Assembly: GCA_048882385.1 (NCBI GenBank)
Contig: JBHLRQ010000013.1
Location: 1-49,189 of the forward strand
DNA length: 49,189 nt
Source of the DNA: Candidatus Thorarchaeota archaeon
GTDB taxonomy: Archaea; Asgardarchaeota; Thorarchaeia; Thorarchaeales; Thorarchaeaceae
Reading direction: 5' to 3'
This document shows positions 29,263-38,075 of this stretch, piece after piece; position 1 is the stretch's first letter, and the number at the start of each line of letters is the position of its first letter. The notes under the pieces were generated by a model. That model worked only from the letters and a program-made list of their open reading frames with translations, did no database searches and was not told the origin of the DNA. The position numbers were made by a program, and so were the translations under genes.

Positions 29263-30294
29263 ATGAACTCAACAATGGAAATAGAAGAAGAACTTGATCT
29301 ATTCAGTGAATTGCCTGAAGATGTTGTGGTTAGTGTCAATGACTGCTACAAGATCTACAAAGCACAGGAGCTTGAGGTCGTAGCTCTTAGTGGTGTATCC
29401 CTACAGATTCTTGAAGGCAAAATAATGGCTGTTGTCGGACCAAGTGGGTCTGGAAAAACCACTCTGATTAATGTCATTGGCGGTATCACTAAAGCTACAG
29501 TTGGGAAGGTCTACTGGGCTAATCTGAAGACCGACATCACGAAGCTGAATGAGAGGGTCCTAACCGAAGCAAGACGGAACTTCATTGGATTTCACTTTCA
29601 ACTTAACAATCTACTACCTCATCTCAACGCTTGGCAAAACGTGGAGTTAGCCGCCAGAATCGCAGGTGTTCCTCGAAAAATCCGAAAAGAACGTGTTGAC
29701 AAACTAATCAAACTCGTGGGTCTTGAGGAACGAAAACGAAATAGTGCAACTACTCTTAGCGGCGGCGAGAAATCACGGGTCGCAATTGCGAGTGCTCTTG
29801 TCAACCTCATCGATACTGAAGGAAAGGGACTAGTACTCTGTGATGAGCCTACCGGAGACCTTGATCCTGAAACCGGAGAGAGAATCTTGGATTTGTTTCA
29901 GGAATTGAATGAGACCATTGGTACTTCGTTCTTCATTGTTACACACAGTCAGCAGGTGGCTTCAAAAGCTGACATAACAGTCGAGCTTCGCGATGGTGTG
30001 ATCTCAGGGTTTCACCAGTCTGGTATCGATCTTGACATGCTTGACACTACGCGTATTGTTAGGCTGGATGATAAGCATCGTCTGCCACTGCCTACAGACC
30101 TTCTAAATCTAGCCGGAGACCCTAGAGAATTCAGGCTGTCCTACGCTGACAACAAATTCATACTCGTTCCACAGACAGGAGAAGTTGTGGATGCAATGCG
30201 TGAGAAGAAAGCCCGAATCTGCAGGGTTTGTGGTTACGAAATCCCCGGTGGAAAGTTCATCTGTTCAAACTGCGGAAGTCAAGTGACGGTATAG
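29263..30294 (+). CDS. ABC ATP-binding protein with C-terminal AbrB-like segment and Zn ribbon
   Basis: GPSGSGKTT, LSGGE, CDEPTGDLD, VTH; tail VRLDDKHRLPLP and CRVCG...CSNCG; RBS GAGGT before ATG 29263. Confidence 0.9.
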   Translation: MNSTMEIEEELDLFSELPEDVVVSVNDCYKIYKAQELEVVALSGVSLQILEGKIMAVVGPSGSGKTTLINVIGGITKATVGKVYWANLKTDITKLNERVLTEARRNFIGFHFQLNNLLPHLNAWQNVELAARIAGVPRKIRKERVDKLIKLVGLEERKRNSATTLSGGEKSRVAIASALVNLIDTEGKGLVLCDEPTGDLDPETGERILDLFQELNETIGTSFFIVTHSQQVASKADITVELRDGVISGFHQSGIDLDMLDTTRIVRLDDKHRLPLPTDLLNLAGDPREFRLSYADNKFILVPQTGEVVDAMREKKARICRVCGYEIPGGKFICSNCGSQVTV

Positions 30295-30296
30295 CC

Positions 30297-30803
30297 TCAA
30301 AGTTGTGGATCTATCACCTCAGGAGAGTCACTTCTCTTAAACAACGAAACTAGCTGCTCTATACAAATCCAGGTGTCCATATATTTGCGAACCATCCTTC
30401 GCTCACGCTTCAGAACCTTGGTCTTACTCAGCTCAAGTTCTTTCTCTATGAACTTGTGCATTTCTTTCCCTTTCTGGTCAAAATCAGTTAGAATCAGAAC
30501 CTGACCGTCTGCTCCGACTTTTACTCTGATTCTTTCAATCAACTGAGGCCTAGGCAAATGAGTCTGAGTTTTGATGATTTGAGCCTTCAAGCCAAGATTT
30601 CGAAGAACGGTAACATCTCTTTTGCCTTCAACAACCACGAGGAGATCATCATACTTCGAATCAAGTGATTGGATAAGTTCAATGAGAGCACGTTCATTGT
30701 CATTAAGTCGCCTGTTGCGCCTTTGATCAATAGCCTTGGTTCTGTATAATTTCCCTTTTCCTCCCAATGTGTCTTCGTTCTTCTTCTTCAAGGGTTGCAC
30801 CAA
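30297..30803 (-). CDS. Small toprim-domain protein (RNase M5/primase-like)
   Basis: VVVEGKRD...L..LG and ILTDFD.KG motifs; true start uncertain. Confidence 0.85.
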   Translation of the reverse strand: MVQPLKKKNEDTLGGKGKLYRTKAIDQRRNRRLNDNERALIELIQSLDSKYDDLLVVVEGKRDVTVLRNLGLKAQIIKTQTHLPRPQLIERIRVKVGADGQVLILTDFDQKGKEMHKFIEKELELSKTKVLKRERRMVRKYMDTWICIEQLVSLFKRSDSPEVIDPQL

Positions 30804-30809
30804 GACTGG

Positions 30810-31853
30810 TTACAGAGTGAATGAGATTTTCATGGTTTCTCCTGCGCCCATCATTTCCAACGCCTCACCTATCTTTTCCACAGGCATTTCATGAGAAATC
30901 AAGAGGTCCGGATCTATGTCACCTGCAATAATGAGTTTCAATGCTTGTTCAACATGTCTCGGTTTGAGATGAAAAACGCCCTTAATGGTGAGTTGCCCAT
31001 AGTGGAATCTTCCTGTGTCCAATTCGAATTTTGTTCCGGATGCAGCTCCGCCAAATAGAACTGTTGTGCCTGCATCCCTTGTCATATCTACTGCTTGTTC
31101 CCATGTCTGACGAATTCCTACTGCTTCAATGACAACGTCAGCTCCTCGACCTGCAGTTTCTTTTTTCACTCGTTCAACAGGATCTTCTTTTGATGGATCA
31201 ATTACGATGTCCGCACCTGCTTTTAGAGCAGTTTCTCGTCTCAATTCCGCAAGATCTGAAGCAATTACAGTTGAAGCTCCGCTTTTCTTTGCTAACATTA
31301 TCAACATCAGACCAATTGGTCCCGCTCCAATTACAACAACAGTGTCACCAAGTTTGATGTTGGATTCTTCGATTCCGTGGACCACACATGCAAGGGGTTC
31401 AGTGAGTGCTGCATCTCTGAAAGATAGTGAGTCTGGGATTTCATGTGTATTCCAACGAACGACTGCCTTTGGAACTCTGATGTACTCAGCAAATGCTCCG
31501 TTGACTAGACTGTCTTTCAATTTTGAACATAGATTGGGCATGTCTTTCTTACAGTAGAAGCAATCTCCACAAGGTGCTGAGTTAGTCGCAACAACTCTCA
31601 TTCCAACCTTGAAGTTTTCTACGCCCTCTCCAACAGCTTCAATCGTTCCTGCATACTCATGACCAAAGAGAGCTGGTGTGTGCTTGATCAACAATGGGTG
31701 GCCACGTTTGTAGGTCTTAACATCAGTCCCACACGTTAGTGCTGTCCCCACCTTGATTAAAAGTTCACCAGGTCCAATCTCAGGAATATCGGTTTCTTCA
31801 TACCTGACATCACCGACACCGTAGTACATTGCAGCTTTCATTTTTCGAGACAT
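30810..31853 (-). CDS. Zn-dependent alcohol dehydrogenase (sorbitol/threonine DH-like)
   Basis: CGTD, GHE, CxxCxxC...C and GAGPIG motifs; start placed at ATG 31853. Confidence 0.92.
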   Translation of the reverse strand: MSRKMKAAMYYGVGDVRYEETDIPEIGPGELLIKVGTALTCGTDVKTYKRGHPLLIKHTPALFGHEYAGTIEAVGEGVENFKVGMRVVATNSAPCGDCFYCKKDMPNLCSKLKDSLVNGAFAEYIRVPKAVVRWNTHEIPDSLSFRDAALTEPLACVVHGIEESNIKLGDTVVVIGAGPIGLMLIMLAKKSGASTVIASDLAELRRETALKAGADIVIDPSKEDPVERVKKETAGRGADVVIEAVGIRQTWEQAVDMTRDAGTTVLFGGAASGTKFELDTGRFHYGQLTIKGVFHLKPRHVEQALKLIIAGDIDPDLLISHEMPVEKIGEALEMMGAGETMKISFTL

Positions 31854-31957
31854 GAGCATCCCAGAGCATGCTCTCATAGACTGTTTAAATGACTTCCTGA
31901 CTGTCTGTGTCTTTACCACAAGGCTTAATGAAAGTTCGATAGGAGGTCGAACTGCTG

Positions 31958-32416
31958 ATGAGAATGCACCTAAAGCCAAAATATCCGGAATATGTCGAGT
32001 ACCATGCCCAAAGCAAATGGGACGGTCAGACTGGCGGAATCAGTATAGTTTCAGACGATCGCCAGATTGCGTATGATACACCTACGACCTATGGAGGACA
32101 AGGTAAAGGAATTTGCCCAGATGAGCTCTTTGTCTCAGCAGTTCTCGGATGTTTGAACAATACTTTCCTTGACTTCCAGCGCCGCTTTGAGTTGGAACTG
32201 ATTTCTCTTGACCTAAAAGGTAAAGCGACTGCAAAGTTTGATGGTCAAGGATACAAGATTGAAAGTCTTTCAGTTTCTTGTGAAGTGGTTGTTGGAAAAG
32301 ATGAACTAGAAACAGGTCAGAGATGTGTCGAGCTCATGAGGGAGTATTGTCATCTAACTCGTTCAATAAAAGCTTGTATTCCTATCATCTATGAAACAAC
32401 TGTTAGAGAGGACTAG
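31958..32416 (+). CDS. OsmC family protein
   Basis: GG.G.GICPDELF..A..GC and YCHLTRSI motifs. Confidence 0.85.
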   Translation: MRMHLKPKYPEYVEYHAQSKWDGQTGGISIVSDDRQIAYDTPTTYGGQGKGICPDELFVSAVLGCLNNTFLDFQRRFELELISLDLKGKATAKFDGQGYKIESLSVSCEVVVGKDELETGQRCVELMREYCHLTRSIKACIPIIYETTVRED

Positions 32417-32904
32417 ACTATCCTCTGCATTAGATCTGAGATTCTCTTCATGTATAATTCGATGTTCTTCCAGTGACCTCCCCTAAAGAAGACACTTCTA
32501 CACTTCTCACATAACCAGAACTCTTCATAATAATCGAATGTCTGCTCAAAAACGAGTCCTCTTACTTGCTCTTTGTCTGCTTCCCTTATTGTAATTAGAC
32601 TACCATTGCACTTACTACAACGTGCTTTTGCAGGATCTATTTCAGGAGATATGTTGTACTCAACAAAGACCTGCGCCACACCCTCATCCACAGAACCTCT
32701 AAGAAGTAGGGACTCAAGATTCTCACTCTTTGCACGTTCATAGAGCTCTGCATCTGACGTGATGAGAACACGACCCTCATCAATCGATACTTGAAGCAAC
32801 TCATCATCATGCATCTCTGTGTCAAATCGCGTATCATGGCCAGTCAGTCTTAGCCATAGTGCTAGTTTTCCCAACATGGCATCCACACTGAAGGATTTCA
32901 TCAC
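32413..32904 (-). CDS. Mut7-C RNase (PIN-like plus Zn ribbon) domain protein
   Basis: DAMLGKLA.WLRL.G.D, RC.KCN, C.KC..VFF.GGHW. Confidence 0.9.
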   Translation of the reverse strand: MMKSFSVDAMLGKLALWLRLTGHDTRFDTEMHDDELLQVSIDEGRVLITSDAELYERAKSENLESLLLRGSVDEGVAQVFVEYNISPEIDPAKARCSKCNGSLITIREADKEQVRGLVFEQTFDYYEEFWLCEKCRSVFFRGGHWKNIELYMKRISDLMQRIV

Positions 32905-33803
32905 TTCTCACCAAAGATGATTCGTGCGGCATTCTTCCACATTAACTGTTCAATTTCCTCCTCTTTAATTTGGGAGTAGCCCTTGTCCATCAGTTCAGAG
33001 GGCATTTGAAGTTCCTTACAGAAATCCACCCATTCTTTGAGAGGTAAAATGTCTTCAAAGAATGGATAGTCACTTCCAAACAACATTCGATTTGGAAAAA
33101 CCCTCATGAATTTTGCTTCCCCAATCATCTCATACATCCTGTAGGGTCTTGTGGCAGCAGAGATTTGCCATCCAGAGATATCGATGAATACATTCGGATT
33201 CTTGTGTGACACCGTAAGAGTTTCACTGACCCATGGATATCCAACATGAGCTAGTATAATCTTCAAACTTGGAAAGTCTACAGCTACTCTGTCAACATAG
33301 ACTGGTCTACCATACTTCAGATAGTTGAACCTAGGAGTCACTCCTTGGTGAATCAATACTGGAATACCTAGGTTGATACAAAGCTCATAGTACGGATCAA
33401 AATCCCTATCATCTGGATAGAATCCTAGAGGCGGATACATTTTCCACCCCAGACATCCTTTTTCTTTAACTGCACGTTCAAGTTCCCTTAATCCATTTTC
33501 ACCTCTTCTTGGATCAATTCCTACAAATGTGGAGATACTTGGGATGTCTTTCACCTCATTCACGTGATGGTCAGTCTTTTCCGAAAGAGAAAGAGGAACT
33601 TTCTTACTCATTCCACTATCAATTGGAAGGACTACAGCTCTTTCCACACCACTTGTTTTCATCATGCTCTCTAGTTTATCAATAGTGGAATCTAGACGTG
33701 GTTCAACTCCCAACCTTGCAGCAGCTATCCTCCGAGCTTCAAGATCTTTCTCACTGATTATGTCTTGAGTCCATGTGTGTGTATGCACATCAATTACTTT
33801 CAT
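32901..33803 (-). CDS. Amidohydrolase_2 family protein
   Basis: IDVHTH, K.YP, IH.G, AH.G.PW and FGSDYP motifs. Confidence 0.9.
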   Translation of the reverse strand: MKVIDVHTHTWTQDIISEKDLEARRIAAARLGVEPRLDSTIDKLESMMKTSGVERAVVLPIDSGMSKKVPLSLSEKTDHHVNEVKDIPSISTFVGIDPRRGENGLRELERAVKEKGCLGWKMYPPLGFYPDDRDFDPYYELCINLGIPVLIHQGVTPRFNYLKYGRPVYVDRVAVDFPSLKIILAHVGYPWVSETLTVSHKNPNVFIDISGWQISAATRPYRMYEMIGEAKFMRVFPNRMLFGSDYPFFEDILPLKEWVDFCKELQMPSELMDKGYSQIKEEEIEQLMWKNAARIIFGEK

Positions 33804-34642
33804 TTTTTCACCTTCGCCTGCAGTTCATCTATGACTTCGACCGGTACAGAAATACTCCCAAGCTCTGTGAAATGGACAGTTCCATGATAGTCACTACCTC
33901 CAGTCAGAACGAGATCCAAATCCTCAACAGTTTTTCTCACATCAATTGGTGGAATATTCATCACGATGTGACCGTAGTCATATTCAACCTCGATTCCTAC
34001 AAGCCCCTCTTTCATCAAATAGTCGATGACTACCCGAAGATTTGGTACTTTTATCGTGAGAGGATGTGCCAAAACAGGAGCTGCTCCAACTGAACTAAGT
34101 AATCTTACAGCCTCACCAGCTTCCATTCGTTCTTTCTTCACGTAGGCTGGTTTGTCAGCAGCGAGGTATTTCTGAAAAGCCTCCCTAGTTGTCTTAACGA
34201 CTCCTTTTTCAACCAATAGTTGCGCGACATGAGGTCGACCTGGACTAGCTACTCCGTCAAGATTTTCATAGAGTTCCTCGATTGTGACATCAACCTCAAG
34301 TTCTTGGAGTTTCTGAATCATTTTGGGTAATCGCTTATGTCTTGCATCCCTTAGAAACTGTAGTTTTTCATTGAGAGGTTTGGAATCCAGTGGTACAAAG
34401 TATCCTAGGATGTGTATCTCTTTGTTTCGATATTCTGCACTAATCTCCAATCCAGGCACAACTATAAGTTCGTCAGAAACACCTGCATTCATGAACTCTT
34501 GCAGTCCATCTAGCGAGTCATGATCTGTAAGTGCAACTCCTCCCAACCCAATCCTGTCTGCTTTTCTGGCTATAACGGACGGGGAATCACTGCCATCTGA
34601 CCCTGATGAATGGGTATGTAAATCAGCACGGGCTCTCACCAT
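33800..34642 (-). CDS. PHP-domain phosphoesterase (TrpH/YciV-like)
   Basis: DLHTHS..SDG, TDHD, HILGY, GRPH.A, AHP and GGSDYHG motifs. Confidence 0.92.
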   Translation of the reverse strand: MVRARADLHTHSSGSDGSDSPSVIARKADRIGLGGVALTDHDSLDGLQEFMNAGVSDELIVVPGLEISAEYRNKEIHILGYFVPLDSKPLNEKLQFLRDARHKRLPKMIQKLQELEVDVTIEELYENLDGVASPGRPHVAQLLVEKGVVKTTREAFQKYLAADKPAYVKKERMEAGEAVRLLSSVGAAPVLAHPLTIKVPNLRVVIDYLMKEGLVGIEVEYDYGHIVMNIPPIDVRKTVEDLDLVLTGGSDYHGTVHFTELGSISVPVEVIDELQAKVKK

Positions 34643-35039
34643 GTGCCGCCTCCTGTCTGAGAGTGTCTACAAGTTTTCGAACTTTGTGACACACCTTGCG
34701 TACTTCCTCTCGAGTCACTGTTTCCCCTGATGGACAGTCTCTATCTATGATACATTTCTTTCTTCTTGCATCGTAGATGATAGGATAATATCTACAACCC
34801 TCAGGTCGATGTTCATATATGCGACATTCCTTTGTTTCTGTATCATAGAAATAACAAACACCCTCTATGTTCTTTAGTTCGCAGAATCCTGCCATGACGC
34901 GAACAAGAAACTCATTCCTGTCATAACCTAGTTCTTCAATCCTTTCTGCATCTTCTCGTGTCAAAGTCATCTCAGTTCCAGTACAACAAAGACGAATCTC
35001 TTCACATGAGCCATCATGGTTGCAGACAAAGGGAGTCAA
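34623..35039 (-). CDS. YkgJ family cysteine-cluster protein
   Basis: C...C...CC, C.FYD....C.IYE.RP.GCR.YP. Confidence 0.88.
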   Translation of the reverse strand: MTPFVCNHDGSCEEIRLCCTGTEMTLTREDAERIEELGYDRNEFLVRVMAGFCELKNIEGVCYFYDTETKECRIYEHRPEGCRYYPIIYDARRKKCIIDRDCPSGETVTREEVRKVCHKVRKLVDTLRQEAAHGESPC

Positions 35040-35068
35040 AGTATCATTTTCTCCTGCCAGGTTGGCGC

Positions 35069-35144
35069 ATCGGTCAGATTGCGGTTTAGAGGTTCATCAC
35101 GCTGATGAGGTCGTTCACCATCCCTACTTCATCATCATCCCGAC
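35069..35144 (-). ncRNA. Box C/D guide sRNA candidate
   Basis: Minus strand: stem GTCGG, G, C box ATGATGA, guide TGAAGTAGGGATG, D' GTGA, spacer, C' GTGATGA, guide ACCTCTAAACCGCAAT, D box CTGA, stem CCGAT; TATTTA about 24 nt upstream. Confidence 0.82.
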
Positions 35145-35180
35145 AAGAGAACTGATACGACTCAAGGCTAAATATGCTTT

Positions 35181-35783
35181 CTAAATGCCACTTGCCCTAG
35201 ACCGTCTATACTCAAGAATCACCAATATTATCGAAACCTGCGTAAGAATTCCAGATATCAACACCCCATCCATTGTCACAAATACCGCATCGAATGAATC
35301 GAAATTTTCAGATGTGAGCGAATACTGGTCATTTTCGGTCCACATCTGCATGAACCCCGTGGATCCTGTCTGATACCAACTACTCTGTGTAAAAATGCCC
35401 AACTCTTTGTCATAAAACACAGCTGTATCCTCGTCTAGTTCTACCTTCCAGCAATCATAGCTATAAAGGGATAATTCGCCCACTACAATACCTTCAGTTG
35501 ACCCTATGTTAACAGCATCATTCACGTCCCATGTGCTGACATTCAACCAGAGAGGATATCCTCCAAATGATTCTCCGCTCAATACATCAGATACGTTATT
35601 CAAACTAACAGAATACGTAAGCACTGTCAGTTCCTCTGTGGAAGACCATCCTGATTGACTAGTATATGATGACTGGTAATGTTTGTAGGTTAGCGAAAGG
35701 TCGACACATCGATCATCACTCGGAAAGTCTAGGAAGAAAATGAAAGGTGTACTTATTGCAGCTGCAATTAGAATGACCGCCAC
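35181..35783 (-). CDS. Secreted/membrane-anchored hypothetical protein
   Basis: Hydrophobic N- and C-termini, YPLWLNVS.W, basic tail; start uncertain. Confidence 0.7.
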   Translation of the reverse strand: MAVILIAAAISTPFIFFLDFPSDDRCVDLSLTYKHYQSSYTSQSGWSSTEELTVLTYSVSLNNVSDVLSGESFGGYPLWLNVSTWDVNDAVNIGSTEGIVVGELSLYSYDCWKVELDEDTAVFYDKELGIFTQSSWYQTGSTGFMQMWTENDQYSLTSENFDSFDAVFVTMDGVLISGILTQVSIILVILEYRRSRASGI

Positions 35784-35876
35784 AAATCCGACAGTTTTTC
35801 TGAAAATTACAATCCCCGCATTGGTTTTTTCGTGTGAGGCTATAAGGTTGATGATGAACGGATAATTAAATTCAGT

Positions 35877-36110
35877 TCAAAGACCTCTTCTAGCGAGTCG
35901 TCGTGAAGGTGAAAGATCCTTTGCCATGTCGTCAACACTATTTCCACTTGGCAACTCTTGTACTGGTAGTTTCTTTCCAGTGATTTTGAAATAGGCATTT
36001 GCACGGACTACTCTGATCAAAGCCAACAAATCATTTGGCTGTGATGTGGCACCCAAGAGTAGCTGCCGACGCCTACCAAATACATCAAGAAGTCTTTCAA
36101 GGATTTTCAT
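35877..36110 (-). CDS. Small hypothetical protein
   Basis: ORF fills the gap divergent from ABCE1; ATG 36110 is the likely start. Confidence 0.5.
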   Translation of the reverse strand: MKILERLLDVFGRRRQLLLGATSQPNDLLALIRVVRANAYFKITGKKLPVQELPSGNSVDDMAKDLSPSRRLARRGL

Positions 36111-36252
36111 AGTATTTTCACTAAATAACTCTCCTGCTTTCCTCAAAAGGATTTGCAATTACACGTTTTCAAATTCTTTTCACTCAGCCAAAGCGCTAAA
36201 TAGTCAGCAAAATCATCCTCGGACAGACCCTAAGTAGGTGTTGAAAACATAG

Positions 36253-38073
36253 ATGCGTATTGCCATTGTCGACAAATATCGATGCAGACCAAAAGACTGC
36301 ACTCATGAGTGTCAGAGATTCTGTCCGAGAGTCAGAACTGGAGACGAAACCGTCATCTTCCCTGATGGTCCGGACAAACCTCCCGTCATAGTGGAGGCTC
36401 TATGCTCAGGAGAAGCAATATGTGTCAAGAAATGTCCATACAATGTAATCAAGATAGTCAACCTACCTGAGGAGCTAGAAACAGATACTAGCCATAGATA
36501 CAGCATAAATGGGTTCAAGTTATTCCGACTACCTACTCCAAAAGACGGGCAGGTGCTTGGCTTAATTGGCCCGAATGGTGTTGGAAAAACAACGGCGGTA
36601 CAGATCCTTGCTGGTGAGATGCTTCCTAACCTTGGGCGTGTTGAAGATCCACCTGAGTGGGATGAAATTATCAGGGAGTTTAGAGGTTCTGAGCTACAAC
36701 CATTCTTCGAGAGGATACAGGCTGGAACATTAGTCCCGATACTGAAACCTCAGAATATAACGGATTTGCCTAAAGTCAAAGACTTGGCTGACAGACCAAT
36801 CAGCGAACTACTTGAATCATCAGACTCCTCGGGGCGCTTGAAAGATCTCAAAGAAGACATGAGCTTAACTGAAATCTGGGACCGTCCAATCAAATTCCTT
36901 AGCGGTGGTGAATTACAAAGGGTAGCAGTTACAGCTGCAATAGTCCGTGAAGGTGACATTTACTTTTTTGATGAGCCAACAGCATATCTGGATGTCAGAG
37001 AAAGGCTCAGAATGGCTCGTGCAATTAGAAACCTATCTGCACTTGGAAAGACAGTCGTGGTAGTCGAGCACGACCTTTCAATCCTAGACTACGTTTCAGA
37101 CCTTGTCTGTATGTTCTACGGGAATCCTGGAGTCTATGGCATAGTTTCGCATCCACATGGGACCCGAGTCGGTGTCAACATCTTCCTCGACGGATTCATT
37201 CCTGATGAGAACATGCGTTTTCGCGACACATCAATATCGTTCAAAGGAATGTCTGCTGAGGATGAAGAATACAGATCTTCTGAAACACTGTTAGAATATG
37301 GTGACATGAAGAAGAACTTCGAAGACTTCTCACTGGAAGTCAAGGGTGGCCGCGTGTCCAAGGGTCAAATCGTTGGAATACTTGGTGCTAACGGAATCGG
37401 CAAAACGACATTCGTCCGAATGCTTGCAGGAGAACTCGATCCTGATGAGGGAGAAGCTCCCAAAAAGACTGTCACCGGTTTGGACCTCAAGATTAGCTAC
37501 AAACCTCAGTACATACCTTCAGATTTCGATGGGAACCTTCGTATGTACCTGAGAGCTGCTGGAGGAAATACAATCGACTCTGCTGACTTCAAGACCTCTG
37601 TGATAAAGAAGTTGGAATTGGAGCATCTTCTGGAACATCATGTTCCAGACCTCAGTGGTGGAGAACTACAGAGAGCTGCCATCGCTGCATGTCTAGCCCG
37701 AGAGGCTGATATCTATCTCTTTGACGAACCATCAGCGTTCTTGGACATCGAACAGCGCCTTGCGACCTCTGGTGCAATCAGACGACTTGTCAGAAACAAC
37801 ATGAAGACAGCATTCATTGTCGAGCACTCCATCCTGATGGCTGACTACCTCAGTGATAGTCTGGTTGTCTTCGGGGGAGTTCCTGGTCGTTCAGGTGTTG
37901 CATCATCTGTCAGGACACTCCGTAACGGAATGAACACATTTCTGAAAGTAATGGGAGTGACATTCAGAAGGGATCCTCAGACTGGCCGTCCAAGAGTGAA
38001 CAAGGAAGGCTCTCAAATGGACTCTCAACAAAAAGCATCAGGTGAGTACTACTACGTAGGGAAGGGCAAGTAA
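36253..38073 (+). CDS. rli: Ribosome recycling ATPase ABCE1/RLI
   Basis: N-terminal Fe-S domain, two NBDs (GPNGVGKTT and GANGIGKTT; LSGGELQR twice), TFRRDP..GRPRVNK hinge. Confidence 0.97.
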   Translation: MRIAIVDKYRCRPKDCTHECQRFCPRVRTGDETVIFPDGPDKPPVIVEALCSGEAICVKKCPYNVIKIVNLPEELETDTSHRYSINGFKLFRLPTPKDGQVLGLIGPNGVGKTTAVQILAGEMLPNLGRVEDPPEWDEIIREFRGSELQPFFERIQAGTLVPILKPQNITDLPKVKDLADRPISELLESSDSSGRLKDLKEDMSLTEIWDRPIKFLSGGELQRVAVTAAIVREGDIYFFDEPTAYLDVRERLRMARAIRNLSALGKTVVVVEHDLSILDYVSDLVCMFYGNPGVYGIVSHPHGTRVGVNIFLDGFIPDENMRFRDTSISFKGMSAEDEEYRSSETLLEYGDMKKNFEDFSLEVKGGRVSKGQIVGILGANGIGKTTFVRMLAGELDPDEGEAPKKTVTGLDLKISYKPQYIPSDFDGNLRMYLRAAGGNTIDSADFKTSVIKKLELEHLLEHHVPDLSGGELQRAAIAACLAREADIYLFDEPSAFLDIEQRLATSGAIRRLVRNNMKTAFIVEHSILMADYLSDSLVVFGGVPGRSGVASSVRTLRNGMNTFLKVMGVTFRRDPQTGRPRVNKEGSQMDSQQKASGEYYYVGKGK

Positions 38074-38075
38074 GT

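Noticed and set aside
35102-35160. Hammerhead ribozyme core (CTGATGAG) on the + strand
   Set aside because: No stem II followed by GAAA; the minus-strand C/D sRNA explains the sequence better
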